From Opitutales bacterium (GTDB lineage: Bacteria > Verrucomicrobiota > Verrucomicrobiia > Opitutales > UBA2987), in NCBI GenBank assembly GCA_965226885.1, contig CBDDEL010000012.1:192001-256000 (forward strand): DNA of 64,000 nucleotides, read 5' to 3'. Positions 21,001 to 29,270 of the stretch are shown one piece after another. Position 1 is the first letter of the stretch. Each line of letters begins with the position of its first letter. Made by a program: the position numbers and the translations under genes. The notes under the pieces were generated by a model. It was given only the letters and a program-made list of their open reading frames with translations, was not told where the DNA came from and searched no databases.

Positions 21001-21242
21001 TAGGGGCCTCCCACGCGCATCCCCCGTACGGCGAAAGAACCATTTCCGGTGGAGGTCATCGTTTTGGTCGTTCCGGTGGGGACATGCACGATGCGCACGT
21101 TGGCGCCCGCGACAGGGTTGCCGTCACTATCGGTCACGGTGCCGTTCATGCCGGAGGAGGTGATGTTTTGGGCATAACCGGCCGAAGAGAGAATAAGGCT
21201 CGTGAAAAGCAATATTGCTATTCTTAATCTGTTAATATTCAT
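18060..21242 (-). CDS. TonB-dependent outer-membrane receptor (Oar-like, N-terminal carboxypeptidase-regulatory-like domain)
   Basis: Signal peptide, GTVTDSDG, VNVVTKSGTNQFHGS, LGGPILKNKLFFF, C-terminal Phe; 1060 aa. Confidence 0.9.
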   Translation of the reverse strand: MNINRLRIAILLFTSLILSSAGYAQNITSSGMNGTVTDSDGNPVAGANVRIVHVPTGTTKTMTSTGNGSFAVRGMRVGGPYSVTASFDGYQTSTEENIYLTVASVSNIVISMADAADITELEEFIFTEEQEGLFNRDSRSSVTSLDEARVLGVSSADRSLNELLKMNPKVSVDKDFGSFTAGGINARYNNVMVDGVRVNDPFGLNSNGQATRNGPPVSIDAIESLQIDTAPFDIRQSKFTGAAVNVVTKSGTNQFHGSAYYYWRDSDQFGENENGQAFDPVFTEKTYGSTLGGPILKNKLFFFFNYEKLERERSGTSVGLIGSGATNIFPGTQAEIDEIIDIATNVWGLSPGTPTGADILDDSVEKIMVKVDWNINDKHHLSFKYDKAEDNVVIITQRNTAAFSLSSYWYDQPSISTNYVAQLFSDWNDRFSTEIRYSFSDYDGSPVTPTNDPQVAVAVASGNNVFMGAELFRHFNFLFAETTTFTAAGTLFSGANRNHETVFGLDFSKKIIANTFLFANKGVWNFASIDDFRAGIASGLFHRFEAEGTNVTANWEEKIWSPYLQHTWRVHNNFSMTVGIRWDINDFPLKPGFNQRFQDFFGRPNDNTIDGERTFSTRFSFNWDIKGDSTVQLRGGIGKFFGKSPGVWLSNGFTNDGLTVLTASFPDGNPAFEPDSTNQPKGVPGAPSGEVDSLAAGFNSPSSWKGVLALDYKFKAPLLGDMVATIEGEWSFVEDAVVFRNLVAEPVGTGPDGRIIMSTARAGAEGFGGFGSVTELRNTSLGDSTNYTLTLTRPMREDGWFSTFAYSYGSSNEVNSGTGFIAVENFRATPIFNANTDELGTSPFEVRHNFIWAISKQIKWGGENSKWKTNISLFYQGRSGKPYSYVAKNNTNNDDCCSTNDLFYTPNGPDDPFVTWAADPSGVLTAAEAADRDAFFAFVAQHPDLEPGKRHQKNDATLPWIHQWDLKIAQDIPIATKWGKLQFTIDFLNIGNLINSSYGQIRDFPIGFGGTPSQNIASATYIEESNKYLYSFNGVGNTAIVEDRLGQSRWNILFGIKYIF

Positions 21243-21465
21243 ATAGTTATGGTTTTAGGGGTTCGTTTGGTTTTTGTAGTTCAGAAAAAACTCATGCAGA
21301 TCGTGGTGGCGGTCCGGGGAAGCAAGGGGTAATTCAACAGGGGTATGCTGGTATTATTGTATAAATATGAACAACTTTGCAATACAGTATTCCATTATTT
21401 CCTGAAATTTAATAGAATAATTAGGATTTGAATATTAAAAATGCTTTAAATAACCATTAGACGTC

Positions 21466-22485
21466 CTATTCAGTATGTTTCCGGTCTTTTTCGGGAATTA
21501 ACCTGCTAAGTCGTTCCAGCAAAGCGGATTGAGTCAATTTTGGGGACACGGATTGGCTGCTTTCTAGGACCAGGCTGGCAGCGGCAAGCCCTGCGAGAAT
21601 CGCATCCGACATCGGAAGTTTCAACAATCCGCAGGCATAGCCGGCCAGAAACGCATCCCCGGCGCCGGTTACGTCCAGTATTTTCATGGGAGCAATGGCT
21701 GGATAAAACTCCTTCTTGATCGGGCTATCCATATCCATATAGATACCATTTGCCCCTAGAGTGACGACAACCGTCTCTACCCCAAGTTGGCGGATTTTTG
21801 CCGCCGCCGAAGCCACATCTTCATTGTTTTCAATCTTCAATCCCGAAAGCGCAGCCGCTTCCTGCCGGTCCGGGAACAGGATGTCGATTTTATCGAGCAC
21901 CGTTCTAAACCGCTCCGATTTGGCCACCGACACGGGATCAGCCAGAACCTTGACATCCTCGTTTTTGCCATGCTCCAGGAGGTATTCGATTGTCGGAGCC
22001 GGGAGATTGGAGTCGATGATCCAAACTCCGCAGGAGGCCAGATGCGAATCGTTTTTTTCGACCCAGGATGGAGTCAATTCATCAAAAATAGCCATATTGG
22101 CCAATCCGGCCGCCAGTCGTCCGTCCGGCTCGAGAATGGCAGTATAAGCGGCAGTGGGAGAGCTGGTGGAAAGCCCCACGGCGGAAGTGTCGATTTTCGG
22201 ATTTTTCAGGGAAGCAAGCAGGGCTTCCCCGGCCGAATCGGAACCGATGATGGAGAAAAGGCTGACCTCGCATTCCAGCCTGGCCAGGGATTCGGCGATA
22301 TTGCGAATGACTCCCCCCGGAGTTGAAGTGACGGAGACTGGATTGGAGGTTCCCGCCCGAAAACTTCGGTGCAGCCGGGCTTTATGGTCGATATTGACGC
22401 CGCCAATGCAAGCGATGCGGGATTGTTTTGGTGGGGCGATAAGCGATTCAGGAAATTTGGTTTTTTTATTTAGAGAGAAGAGGCT
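21466..22485 (-). CDS. psuK: PfkB-family kinase, pseudouridine kinase-like; no canonical start codon
   Basis: Frame open from the psuG stop: IACIGGVNID, GTSNP, PGGVIRNIAE, DPVS, VTLGANG, DVTGAGDAF. First GTG (22179) lies deep inside the domain. Confidence 0.75.
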   Translation of the reverse strand, partial: SLFSLNKKTKFPESLIAPPKQSRIACIGGVNIDHKARLHRSFRAGTSNPVSVTSTPGGVIRNIAESLARLECEVSLFSIIGSDSAGEALLASLKNPKIDTSAVGLSTSSPTAAYTAILEPDGRLAAGLANMAIFDELTPSWVEKNDSHLASCGVWIIDSNLPAPTIEYLLEHGKNEDVKVLADPVSVAKSERFRTVLDKIDILFPDRQEAAALSGLKIENNEDVASAAAKIRQLGVETVVVTLGANGIYMDMDSPIKKEFYPAIAPMKILDVTGAGDAFLAGYACGLLKLPMSDAILAGLAAASLVLESSQSVSPKLTQSALLERLSRLIPEKDRKHTE

Positions 22486-23406
22486 TCAAGTGGTAATGCT
22501 TGATAATTCAACCGCCAGGAGAGTGCCCAACTTAACATTGTTGCGCACCAGTTCAATATTGCTGCGCAGGCTTTCCCCATCAGTTAGGGCTTCGATACGA
22601 GAAAGGAGAAAAGGTGTGGCGGCTTTTCCTTTGATGCCCTTTTGCTCCAATTCCGCGAGGGCCTGGGAAATTGCCGATTCCGCTTTTCTCTTCGGTATTT
22701 CGTGCTCCTTTGGGATCGGGTTGGCAATCACCATGCCGCCCTTTATTCTCATTGCCCATTTGGTGTTCAGGATATTGGCCAATTCCTCAATCGAATCGAC
22801 CCTTTGTGGGACTTCAAAACCGCTGTCTCTGGTAAAAAATGCGGGAAACCTATCGGTTTGATAACCCGCTACGGGAACGCCCAGCGTTTCCAGGTATTCC
22901 AGGGTCAGGCCGATATCGAGGATCGATTTTGCCCCGGCGCAAACTACCGCAACATCGTTTCGAGCCAATTCCGGCAAGTCGGCAGAGATGTCGAAGGTCT
23001 TATCCGCTCCCCGGTGAACCCCACCGATTCCCCCCGTGGCCATGACTTTTATGCCTGCCAGGGCGGCAATTCGGACGCTGGCCGCAACCGTGGCGGCGCC
23101 ATTTAATTTTTCGGCCACCAAAAAAGGCAGGTCGCGGCTGCTCGCTTTCAGGATTCCCTCTCCTTTTCCCAGAAACTCAATTTCCTCCTTACTCAAACCC
23201 ACCTTCAACTTTCCTTTCAGAATGGCCAGAGTGGCGGGGGTAGCGCCATTTTTTCGGACAATTGATTCTACTTCGCGAGCGGTGCGGACATTTTCCGGAT
23301 AAGGCATCCCGTGCGCGATAATTGTGGATTCCAACGCCAGGACCGGTTGTCCCCGGTCGAGCGCCGCAGCCACTTCGGGCAGCAAATCCAGGTATTCGTT
23401 CAGCAT
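22486..23406 (-). CDS. psuG: Pseudouridine-5'-phosphate glycosidase
   Basis: ALESTIIAHGMPYPEN, ATGGIGGVHRG, DISADL, GAKSILD, TPFLL. Confidence 0.95.
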   Translation of the reverse strand: MLNEYLDLLPEVAAALDRGQPVLALESTIIAHGMPYPENVRTAREVESIVRKNGATPATLAILKGKLKVGLSKEEIEFLGKGEGILKASSRDLPFLVAEKLNGAATVAASVRIAALAGIKVMATGGIGGVHRGADKTFDISADLPELARNDVAVVCAGAKSILDIGLTLEYLETLGVPVAGYQTDRFPAFFTRDSGFEVPQRVDSIEELANILNTKWAMRIKGGMVIANPIPKEHEIPKRKAESAISQALAELEQKGIKGKAATPFLLSRIEALTDGESLRSNIELVRNNVKLGTLLAVELSSITT

Positions 23407-23424
23407 TTTTTCTGGAGAAAGGTT

Positions 23425-23949
23425 CTATAATAAAGTCCCACGGATGGGATAATCGTTCGCCGGACCGCGGATATATTCCAGTCCCTGCGAGAGCGCATCC
23501 AGGTCCGGGCGTAAAAAAGGATTATTGGAAACATCGGTCAAACGCAAATTACCATCCTCGTCGATGACAAACATTGCCGGTTCCGGGTTGGGACGATCAT
23601 TTTCTTGAGCGGAGCGAGGAGGGGAAATATACAAGCCCATTTCCCGCATGTCATCCAACGTTAGACCATAGGCGACGGGTAACGTTAATTTACTTACCCG
23701 GACCAGTTGTTCGGCTTTCTCCTCGGGGTCGCCGGAAACTGCTATGATCTCCACTCGCAGATTTTTTAACGACTTACGGAGCGCTTCCAGTCGGGCCAGG
23801 TAGTGGAGGCACAGAGGGCAATGCAAACCCCGGTAAACCACAACCAGTTGCCAGTTATTATCACCTCGCGGCTTGCCGAGCTCAATGGTTCTTCCGCCCA
23901 CCAGAGGCAAAGTGATTTTGGGGAAAGAATCGGCGGCTTTTAATTTCAT
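23425..23949 (-). CDS. Peroxiredoxin-like redoxin (AhpC/TSA family)
   Basis: YRGLHCPLC, EPAMF, PFLRPDL. Confidence 0.8.
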   Translation of the reverse strand: MKLKAADSFPKITLPLVGGRTIELGKPRGDNNWQLVVVYRGLHCPLCLHYLARLEALRKSLKNLRVEIIAVSGDPEEKAEQLVRVSKLTLPVAYGLTLDDMREMGLYISPPRSAQENDRPNPEPAMFVIDEDGNLRLTDVSNNPFLRPDLDALSQGLEYIRGPANDYPIRGTLL

Positions 23950-23951
23950 GG

Positions 23952-24788
23952 CTAAATAGAAGGGTACCAGCGATTTTTGTTTTTGGCCAGGCGTTCCTCA
24001 TTCCACCGGTGGAGGATGTGAGCGGCTTCATTTCCGGCCTGCACACATTTTTCAATTCCACCGTAAACAAAGTCGTCCGTAGCCCGGTTGGCGATGACCA
24101 CGGAAATCGCGCCCGCTTTTAACCCGAAAAGGCCGGCCAGGGTCAACAAGGTGGCGGCTTCCTGCTCGTAATTGAGAACCTTGGCCGCAATCAGATCTTC
24201 ATGGCGTGTCTTTTGCCAACTTTGGCGGAAGCCGCTAAAGGCGGGTCGGTTTTGCCCGCAAAAAAAAGAAGCCGTTGTCGCAGTGATGCCCGCGTGATAG
24301 CTAAACCCAAGTTTCTCACAAGCTTCAATCAAGGCCAGCACGACCTCATAATGAGCCACCGCCGGATACCCCAGGGAAACATAATTCTCACTCGTTCCAT
24401 CGAACCGAACCGAACCGGTGGAGATGATCAAATCCCCTAATTCGATGTCCGGCTGGAGCGCAGCGGTGGTTCCGACGCGAATGAAGGTGCGGCCTCCAAT
24501 AGCGGCCAGTTCCTCCAAGGCATTCGATGTCGAGGGGCCTCCGGCTCCGGTGGAACAGGCTGAAATGTCCATTTCCCTAAATTTTCCGGTGTGAACGACA
24601 TGTTCCCGGTAGGAGGAAATTTCCCTAAACTCATCCCAATAGCTGGAAATTTTGGCCACTCGATCCGGGTCGCCCGGCAATAGAATGGTATCCGCGACAT
24701 CTCCCTCGCCGCACCGTATGTGATACTGCAGCCTGCCTTTGCCCTCCGGCCGTTCCGCTTGTGAAACCCATTCTTTATCTTCCGCCAT
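23952..24788 (-). CDS. Second uridine/nucleoside phosphorylase
   Basis: QYHI, LLPGDPDRV, STGAGGPS, RVGTT, FFCGQNR, NYEQEAA. Confidence 0.85.
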   Translation of the reverse strand: MAEDKEWVSQAERPEGKGRLQYHIRCGEGDVADTILLPGDPDRVAKISSYWDEFREISSYREHVVHTGKFREMDISACSTGAGGPSTSNALEELAAIGGRTFIRVGTTAALQPDIELGDLIISTGSVRFDGTSENYVSLGYPAVAHYEVVLALIEACEKLGFSYHAGITATTASFFCGQNRPAFSGFRQSWQKTRHEDLIAAKVLNYEQEAATLLTLAGLFGLKAGAISVVIANRATDDFVYGGIEKCVQAGNEAAHILHRWNEERLAKNKNRWYPSI

Positions 24789-24890
24789 TGTTTGATTTCA
24801 GGTTAAATTTCAAAATTGAGTCGAAAAAATGTGAATCCCGCCGCCGGTTAAGTCAATGCTGCAGCCCGATTGGCTGGCGAAGCATAGAGG

Positions 24891-24919
24891 TTGACACATT
24901 TGCCCTGCAGGTATGCGAT
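24891..24919 (+). promoter_or_regulatory. Candidate sigma70 promoter with leaderless geometry
   Basis: TTGACA-N17-TGCGAT-N6-ATG (24926), same spacing as at 11872; the -10 is weak. Confidence 0.45.
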
Positions 24920-24925
24920 TTTCCT

Positions 24926-25918
24926 ATGGGTTTAGCAGAGGGAGTGGCAGATCTGTCGGATGAGCAGATCGACTCGTTTCACCGGGAAGGATATTTGATC
25001 GTTGAGGATGTTTTTCGGGATAACGATTTAAACGCCCTCCGCCGGGAACTCGCTGAAGGCATCGACGAGAAGATCAAAGCGCTGCAGTCGGATGGCGTTT
25101 TAAAAAACACCTATGAAACCGAAGCGCTGGAGACCCGCCTGGTTAAGATTTTTCGGGACAATGAGGAAATCGGGCGGCAGATCATGTGCCACCTGGAGGG
25201 ACTTGGAGGTAGCGGCTACCATGGCCGTGAGATGTTCAACCTCATCAAGCATCCCAAAATGCTCAAACTGGCGGAATCCATTCTCGGCCCCGAACTGGTT
25301 TCCTCGGCTATTTACCGGCTGCGGACCAAGATTCCGGGCGACAAACTGAAAGAGGTGCCCTGGCACCAGGATTCCGGCTATTTCTCTTCCCACTGCGATT
25401 CCCACCTCATTCTGACCTGCTGGATACCATTGGTCGATGTTTCCAGGGAAAATGGCTGCCTGGAAGTCATTCCGCGATCTCACCGCTCAGGCATCGTCAA
25501 GCACCATCAATGCGCCGACCGCAAGGGTTACCTCCTCATAAAAGATGAGGATCTGCCAAAAAGCGAGAAACCCACCGTGGCAATCGAAATAAAGGCCGGT
25601 AGTGTGCTCCTGCTGACTAACCTGACCGCCCATTGCTCGCTCTCCAATCGGACGGATGAAATTCGGTGGAGCGTCGATCTACGCTACCAAAGCTCGGAGA
25701 CTCCCAATAACGTGGATCTCTGGCCGGAGGAAAATCCCACCGACTATGAGAAAAATCTGCAAATCGCCTGCTCTCCGCCGGAAGCTGATTTTGTTGTCCA
25801 AAGCGTTCGCAAACCCCAAGGGGTGGTTGATTTTCAAGGTTTCCTCAAGCGCCGGGAAGCTTTTTACAATCATGGTTTTCCCAAGGAAAAACGTTGGGAG
25901 CCGGATGCCGTCCATTGA
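24926..25918 (+). CDS. PhyH-family dioxygenase C (paralogue of B)
   Basis: FHREGY, YRLRTKIPGDK, VPWHQDSGY, RWSVDLRY, PPEADF; start placed by alignment to paralogue B. Confidence 0.85.
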   Translation: MGLAEGVADLSDEQIDSFHREGYLIVEDVFRDNDLNALRRELAEGIDEKIKALQSDGVLKNTYETEALETRLVKIFRDNEEIGRQIMCHLEGLGGSGYHGREMFNLIKHPKMLKLAESILGPELVSSAIYRLRTKIPGDKLKEVPWHQDSGYFSSHCDSHLILTCWIPLVDVSRENGCLEVIPRSHRSGIVKHHQCADRKGYLLIKDEDLPKSEKPTVAIEIKAGSVLLLTNLTAHCSLSNRTDEIRWSVDLRYQSSETPNNVDLWPEENPTDYEKNLQIACSPPEADFVVQSVRKPQGVVDFQGFLKRREAFYNHGFPKEKRWEPDAVH

Positions 25919-27220
25919 TCAGCCGATAAAAATACCGGCAAAAGTGGCGGTGGAGAGGGTGGCGCAGGTTCCCCCGATCAAAGCTCGCAAGGCGAAACGG
26001 GCCAGGTTTAAGCGCTGGCTGGGGGCCAGCACGGATATTCCACCTATCTGCACGGCCACTGAGGCAAAATTGGAAAAGCTGCAAAGGGCATAGGTAGCGA
26101 TTACGATAGATCGCTGATCGGTCAACGCGCCCTTTTCTATCAGTTCCGCCATCGAGATGTAGGAAACGGTCTGGGTCAGAACCATACCCTCGCCCAGCAA
26201 TTGACCGACCGCGAGCAGGCTGCCAGTGTCGACTCCCACGATAAAGGCGATTGGCGCGAAGAGGATGCCGAGGATAAACTGCAGGGTTAGCGCTTCATAA
26301 GCTCCCCCTGTTACATTGTAAATGATTGGATTGAGCCCCGTAACCGAACCAATCCAATGATTCGTGATGTGGTTCAGCATCGCGACCAAGGAGATGAAAA
26401 CGAGCACCATCGCCCCCACGTTTACAGCCAGGCGCACTCCTTGGGCGGTCCCGGTTGTGATTGAATCGAACAGGTTCAGCCCAACCGAACCCGACGGGAT
26501 TTGCAGGTCTCTGGAGACTGCTTCGCTCTCAGGAAGTAATAACTTGGCAAAAACAATGGCAGCCGGGGCCGACATGACGGAGGCGGCGATGAGATGCTTG
26601 CCAAACATGACTTGTTTTTCCAGGTCGTCCCCGCCCAGAATGAAAATATAGGCAACCAGCACACTGCCGGCGATGGTGGCCATGCCACCGGTCATGAGGC
26701 AGGCGAGCTCCGATCGGGTCATGCGTTCGAGGTATGGTTTAACAATCAGTGGCGCTTCGGTCTGGCCGATAAAAATGTTGGCCGCGGCAGCCAAACTTTC
26801 CGCACCAGACAGCCGCATGGTCTTGCTCATCAACCAGGCAAAAACAAAGACGATCTTTTGTAGTATGCCCAAATAATATAAAACAGAGGTGAGGGCGGAA
26901 AAGAAAACCACGGTCGGCAATATGCGAAAGCCCCAGACCGCCCCGATCTCGCGGCTTGTAACCAGATCTCCAAAAAGAAAACGACTTCCAACCGTTGAGA
27001 ATTCAAGGATGCTGACAAAAAAACGGGAACCGGCCTCGACCATGTATTCGACCAGGGAAACTTTCAGGATCAGGATGGCCAACGCCAGTTGCAGCAAAAG
27101 TCCACCCGCAATGAGACGCCAGTTGATCCCCTTTCGGTTTTCGCTTAAAGAGTAACAAATCAGCATAAGCGCCGAAAGGCCCAATATAGCCCGACCGACG
27201 CCACTCAAAAACTCCACCAT
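25919..27220 (-). CDS. CNT/NupC nucleoside transporter, divergent substrate site
   Basis: FIGQTEAP, GMATIAG; VLTQTVSY replaces LNEFxAY; LCSFSNFAS. Confidence 0.9.
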   Translation of the reverse strand: MVEFLSGVGRAILGLSALMLICYSLSENRKGINWRLIAGGLLLQLALAILILKVSLVEYMVEAGSRFFVSILEFSTVGSRFLFGDLVTSREIGAVWGFRILPTVVFFSALTSVLYYLGILQKIVFVFAWLMSKTMRLSGAESLAAAANIFIGQTEAPLIVKPYLERMTRSELACLMTGGMATIAGSVLVAYIFILGGDDLEKQVMFGKHLIAASVMSAPAAIVFAKLLLPESEAVSRDLQIPSGSVGLNLFDSITTGTAQGVRLAVNVGAMVLVFISLVAMLNHITNHWIGSVTGLNPIIYNVTGGAYEALTLQFILGILFAPIAFIVGVDTGSLLAVGQLLGEGMVLTQTVSYISMAELIEKGALTDQRSIVIATYALCSFSNFASVAVQIGGISVLAPSQRLNLARFALRALIGGTCATLSTATFAGIFIG

Positions 27221-27308
27221 TCCTGCTAGTAAAGGGAGAGACAGTCAGATGTCGAAAGAAAACCCAGCATGCGTTTTCTCGTTATACAGAAAAACAAGAG
27301 GTGTGACA

Positions 27309-28190
27309 TCAATCCCGGTAATATTCCGTTTCATCGACCAACTCGCCGTTTTGATTGAAGGCGTTGCCGAAAACATGGCCGGTGTAAAACTCCGATTTCG
27401 GATCTTGTTTGGGCAGACGGATATGACCCTGTTCGCTACGCACAACCTCTCGCCGGCGGCCGCACATTAACAAACCCGTGTCTTTCCACACCGTGTCGCT
27501 AATTTGATAAGCGTCATCGGCGCGGTATTCGAAAACAATGCCCCGGCGCGGTTTACCCGACAGATTGGCCGGTGAACCGTGCAATGTAAGGCCGTGATGT
27601 ATGCTGATCCCGCCGGTTTTAGGGATGATCTGCGCAACCTTGGATTCATCCTCCCAATAATGGCTTTCCTGGCACTCGGCCGTAAAAAGACCATCCACAG
27701 AATGGTTCAGGTATCCCAATTTATGGCTTCCCTTGACCATTTGCATACAGCCGTTTTCGGGGGTGGCATCGTCCAGCATAATCATTACGGCCAGCACTGA
27801 GGAGTTGGTGTGGGGAAAAAAGGCCAGGTCCTGATGCCATGCAAAGGTTCCCTTTCCCTTGGTCGGCGGCTTGGTTGCCAGTTTGGAATGCTGTAGCTGA
27901 ATGTCCGGGCCGATTAAGGGGACAAGCCGGTTCAAAATCCTTGGATCCCGCGCCAAATCCATAAAAATAGAATCCAATGTGGTGATTTCCAATAGGTGGA
28001 CCGCCTTGGTGGCATGCCCTCTCTGCTTCAGCTGTTCCTTAAGCGCATCGGATTCCGTGGCCCGGCGCAGCTCATCCACTTTCTCCATAGGGAAAACATC
28101 ATCGACAACCAAAAATCCATTTTCCTGGAATTCTTCGATTTGCCCTGTGGTTAAACCATCCTGGTCTTTGCGAATTGCTCTTTCAATCAT
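27309..28190 (-). CDS. PhyH-family dioxygenase D
   Basis: FQENGF, WHQD, LDDATPENGC, GSH, TLHGS, PRR. Confidence 0.85.
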   Translation of the reverse strand: MIERAIRKDQDGLTTGQIEEFQENGFLVVDDVFPMEKVDELRRATESDALKEQLKQRGHATKAVHLLEITTLDSIFMDLARDPRILNRLVPLIGPDIQLQHSKLATKPPTKGKGTFAWHQDLAFFPHTNSSVLAVMIMLDDATPENGCMQMVKGSHKLGYLNHSVDGLFTAECQESHYWEDESKVAQIIPKTGGISIHHGLTLHGSPANLSGKPRRGIVFEYRADDAYQISDTVWKDTGLLMCGRRREVVRSEQGHIRLPKQDPKSEFYTGHVFGNAFNQNGELVDETEYYRD

Positions 28191-28659
28191 GGCTGTATCT
28201 CAAACGGGATTACCCGTATGATTGTGATGAATTAGTAAAATTAACGGCTTCTGGAGTTTTCGAGCGTATTTTGCTCTTTTCAGGTTCCTGCCACGCGTTG
28301 AGAGGGGATAAACGGGTTTACGTTTGCACTATTAACCACATTAATTTCCGGATTACCATCCTCTTTGGGAGTGAATGTCCTCATCAACTTCACTATAAGT
28401 GCATAGTATAAAAACGTTCCGGAATTTCGTTTGGCTTGTATGGGGTTTGACAGTTTGTTTATCCTCTTGGGTAACGCTCCACTTGACCGCGCCTACTTTT
28501 GATTTTACCACTCCCTAACTTATTCTTGTAGACAGGTCTTGACCCCTACCTAAACCTGACCACGTCCCCTGTGAAAATTTCACTTCCAGATTATTGGCTA
28601 TCTTTCGGTGGTAGTCCTAATTTACTGAAACCAAAACCTCATAAATTACTTCTAGGGGA

Positions 28660-29040
28660 TCAGTCATCCCTGACCACAGCAATACAATCGATTTCGAACT
28701 GAATTTTGTTAAGGCAACCGGTGAGTGTGGTGCGTGAGGGGAAGGGCTTTTTGAAATATTCTTTGTAGACCTCGTTGAAAACCGGCACCTGCTCCTTATC
28801 CCTGACATAGTTTCTTGTCTGCACCACATGCTGCAAGTCGCTGCCCGTATCCTCCAGGATCTTTTTCAAGTTTTCGATGGATCGGCGCACTTCACCTTCG
28901 AAAGTATCGGGGACAATGTTTCCCTCCGCATCAACTGACGCCTGTCCGGAAACAAAGAGGAAGCCGCCCGACTTCACGACAGGACTGAATGGGAGAAAAG
29001 AGACCGGAGTCCCTTCCTTTTCTGGATATTCAATGTTCAT
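28660..29040 (-). CDS. ridA: RidA/YjgF family enamine/imine deaminase
   Basis: PFSP, LFVSGQ, FNEVYKEYF, FPSRT, FEIDCIA. Confidence 0.85.
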   Translation of the reverse strand: MNIEYPEKEGTPVSFLPFSPVVKSGGFLFVSGQASVDAEGNIVPDTFEGEVRRSIENLKKILEDTGSDLQHVVQTRNYVRDKEQVPVFNEVYKEYFKKPFPSRTTLTGCLNKIQFEIDCIAVVRDD

Positions 29041-29059
29041 AAAAATTAACCCTTACTAG

Positions 29060-29125
29060 CCGAGATTTCCCATATGAAAATTCATAATCGTTGAAAATTG
29101 CTACTTTCCAATATTTCGATCCAAT
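29060..29125. repeat. 66-bp dispersed repeat, copy 1 (upstream of ridA)
   Basis: 58/66 identical to 31825-31890 by manual ungapped alignment. Confidence 0.85.
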
Positions 29126-29270
29126 TTTGCTTCTTCAATACGCTTTGGCAATTGTTTCTCCCTGAGAATGGCCACCTCGGTCATCTCTAACGGGGAGGTG
29201 AAATACTTGTCATGGTGGACCACCTATCGGAAAAGGATCAACCGGCGGTCTGGGTAAACCGCGCTTGTTT

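Noticed and set aside
21243..21465. Possible purine riboswitch upstream of the TonB receptor
   Set aside because: AT-rich promoter-like DNA lacking purine-aptamer consensus or a clear terminator.
24761..24925. N-terminal extension of PhyH C
   Set aside because: It overlaps the divergent phosphorylase start and contains the promoter; the paralogue aligns from 24926.
28191..28659. 470-bp intergenic region with a GACAGGTCTTGACCCC REP-like motif; possible sRNA or riboswitch
   Set aside because: No second copy in the window and no convincing stem-loop or known aptamer recognisable by eye.
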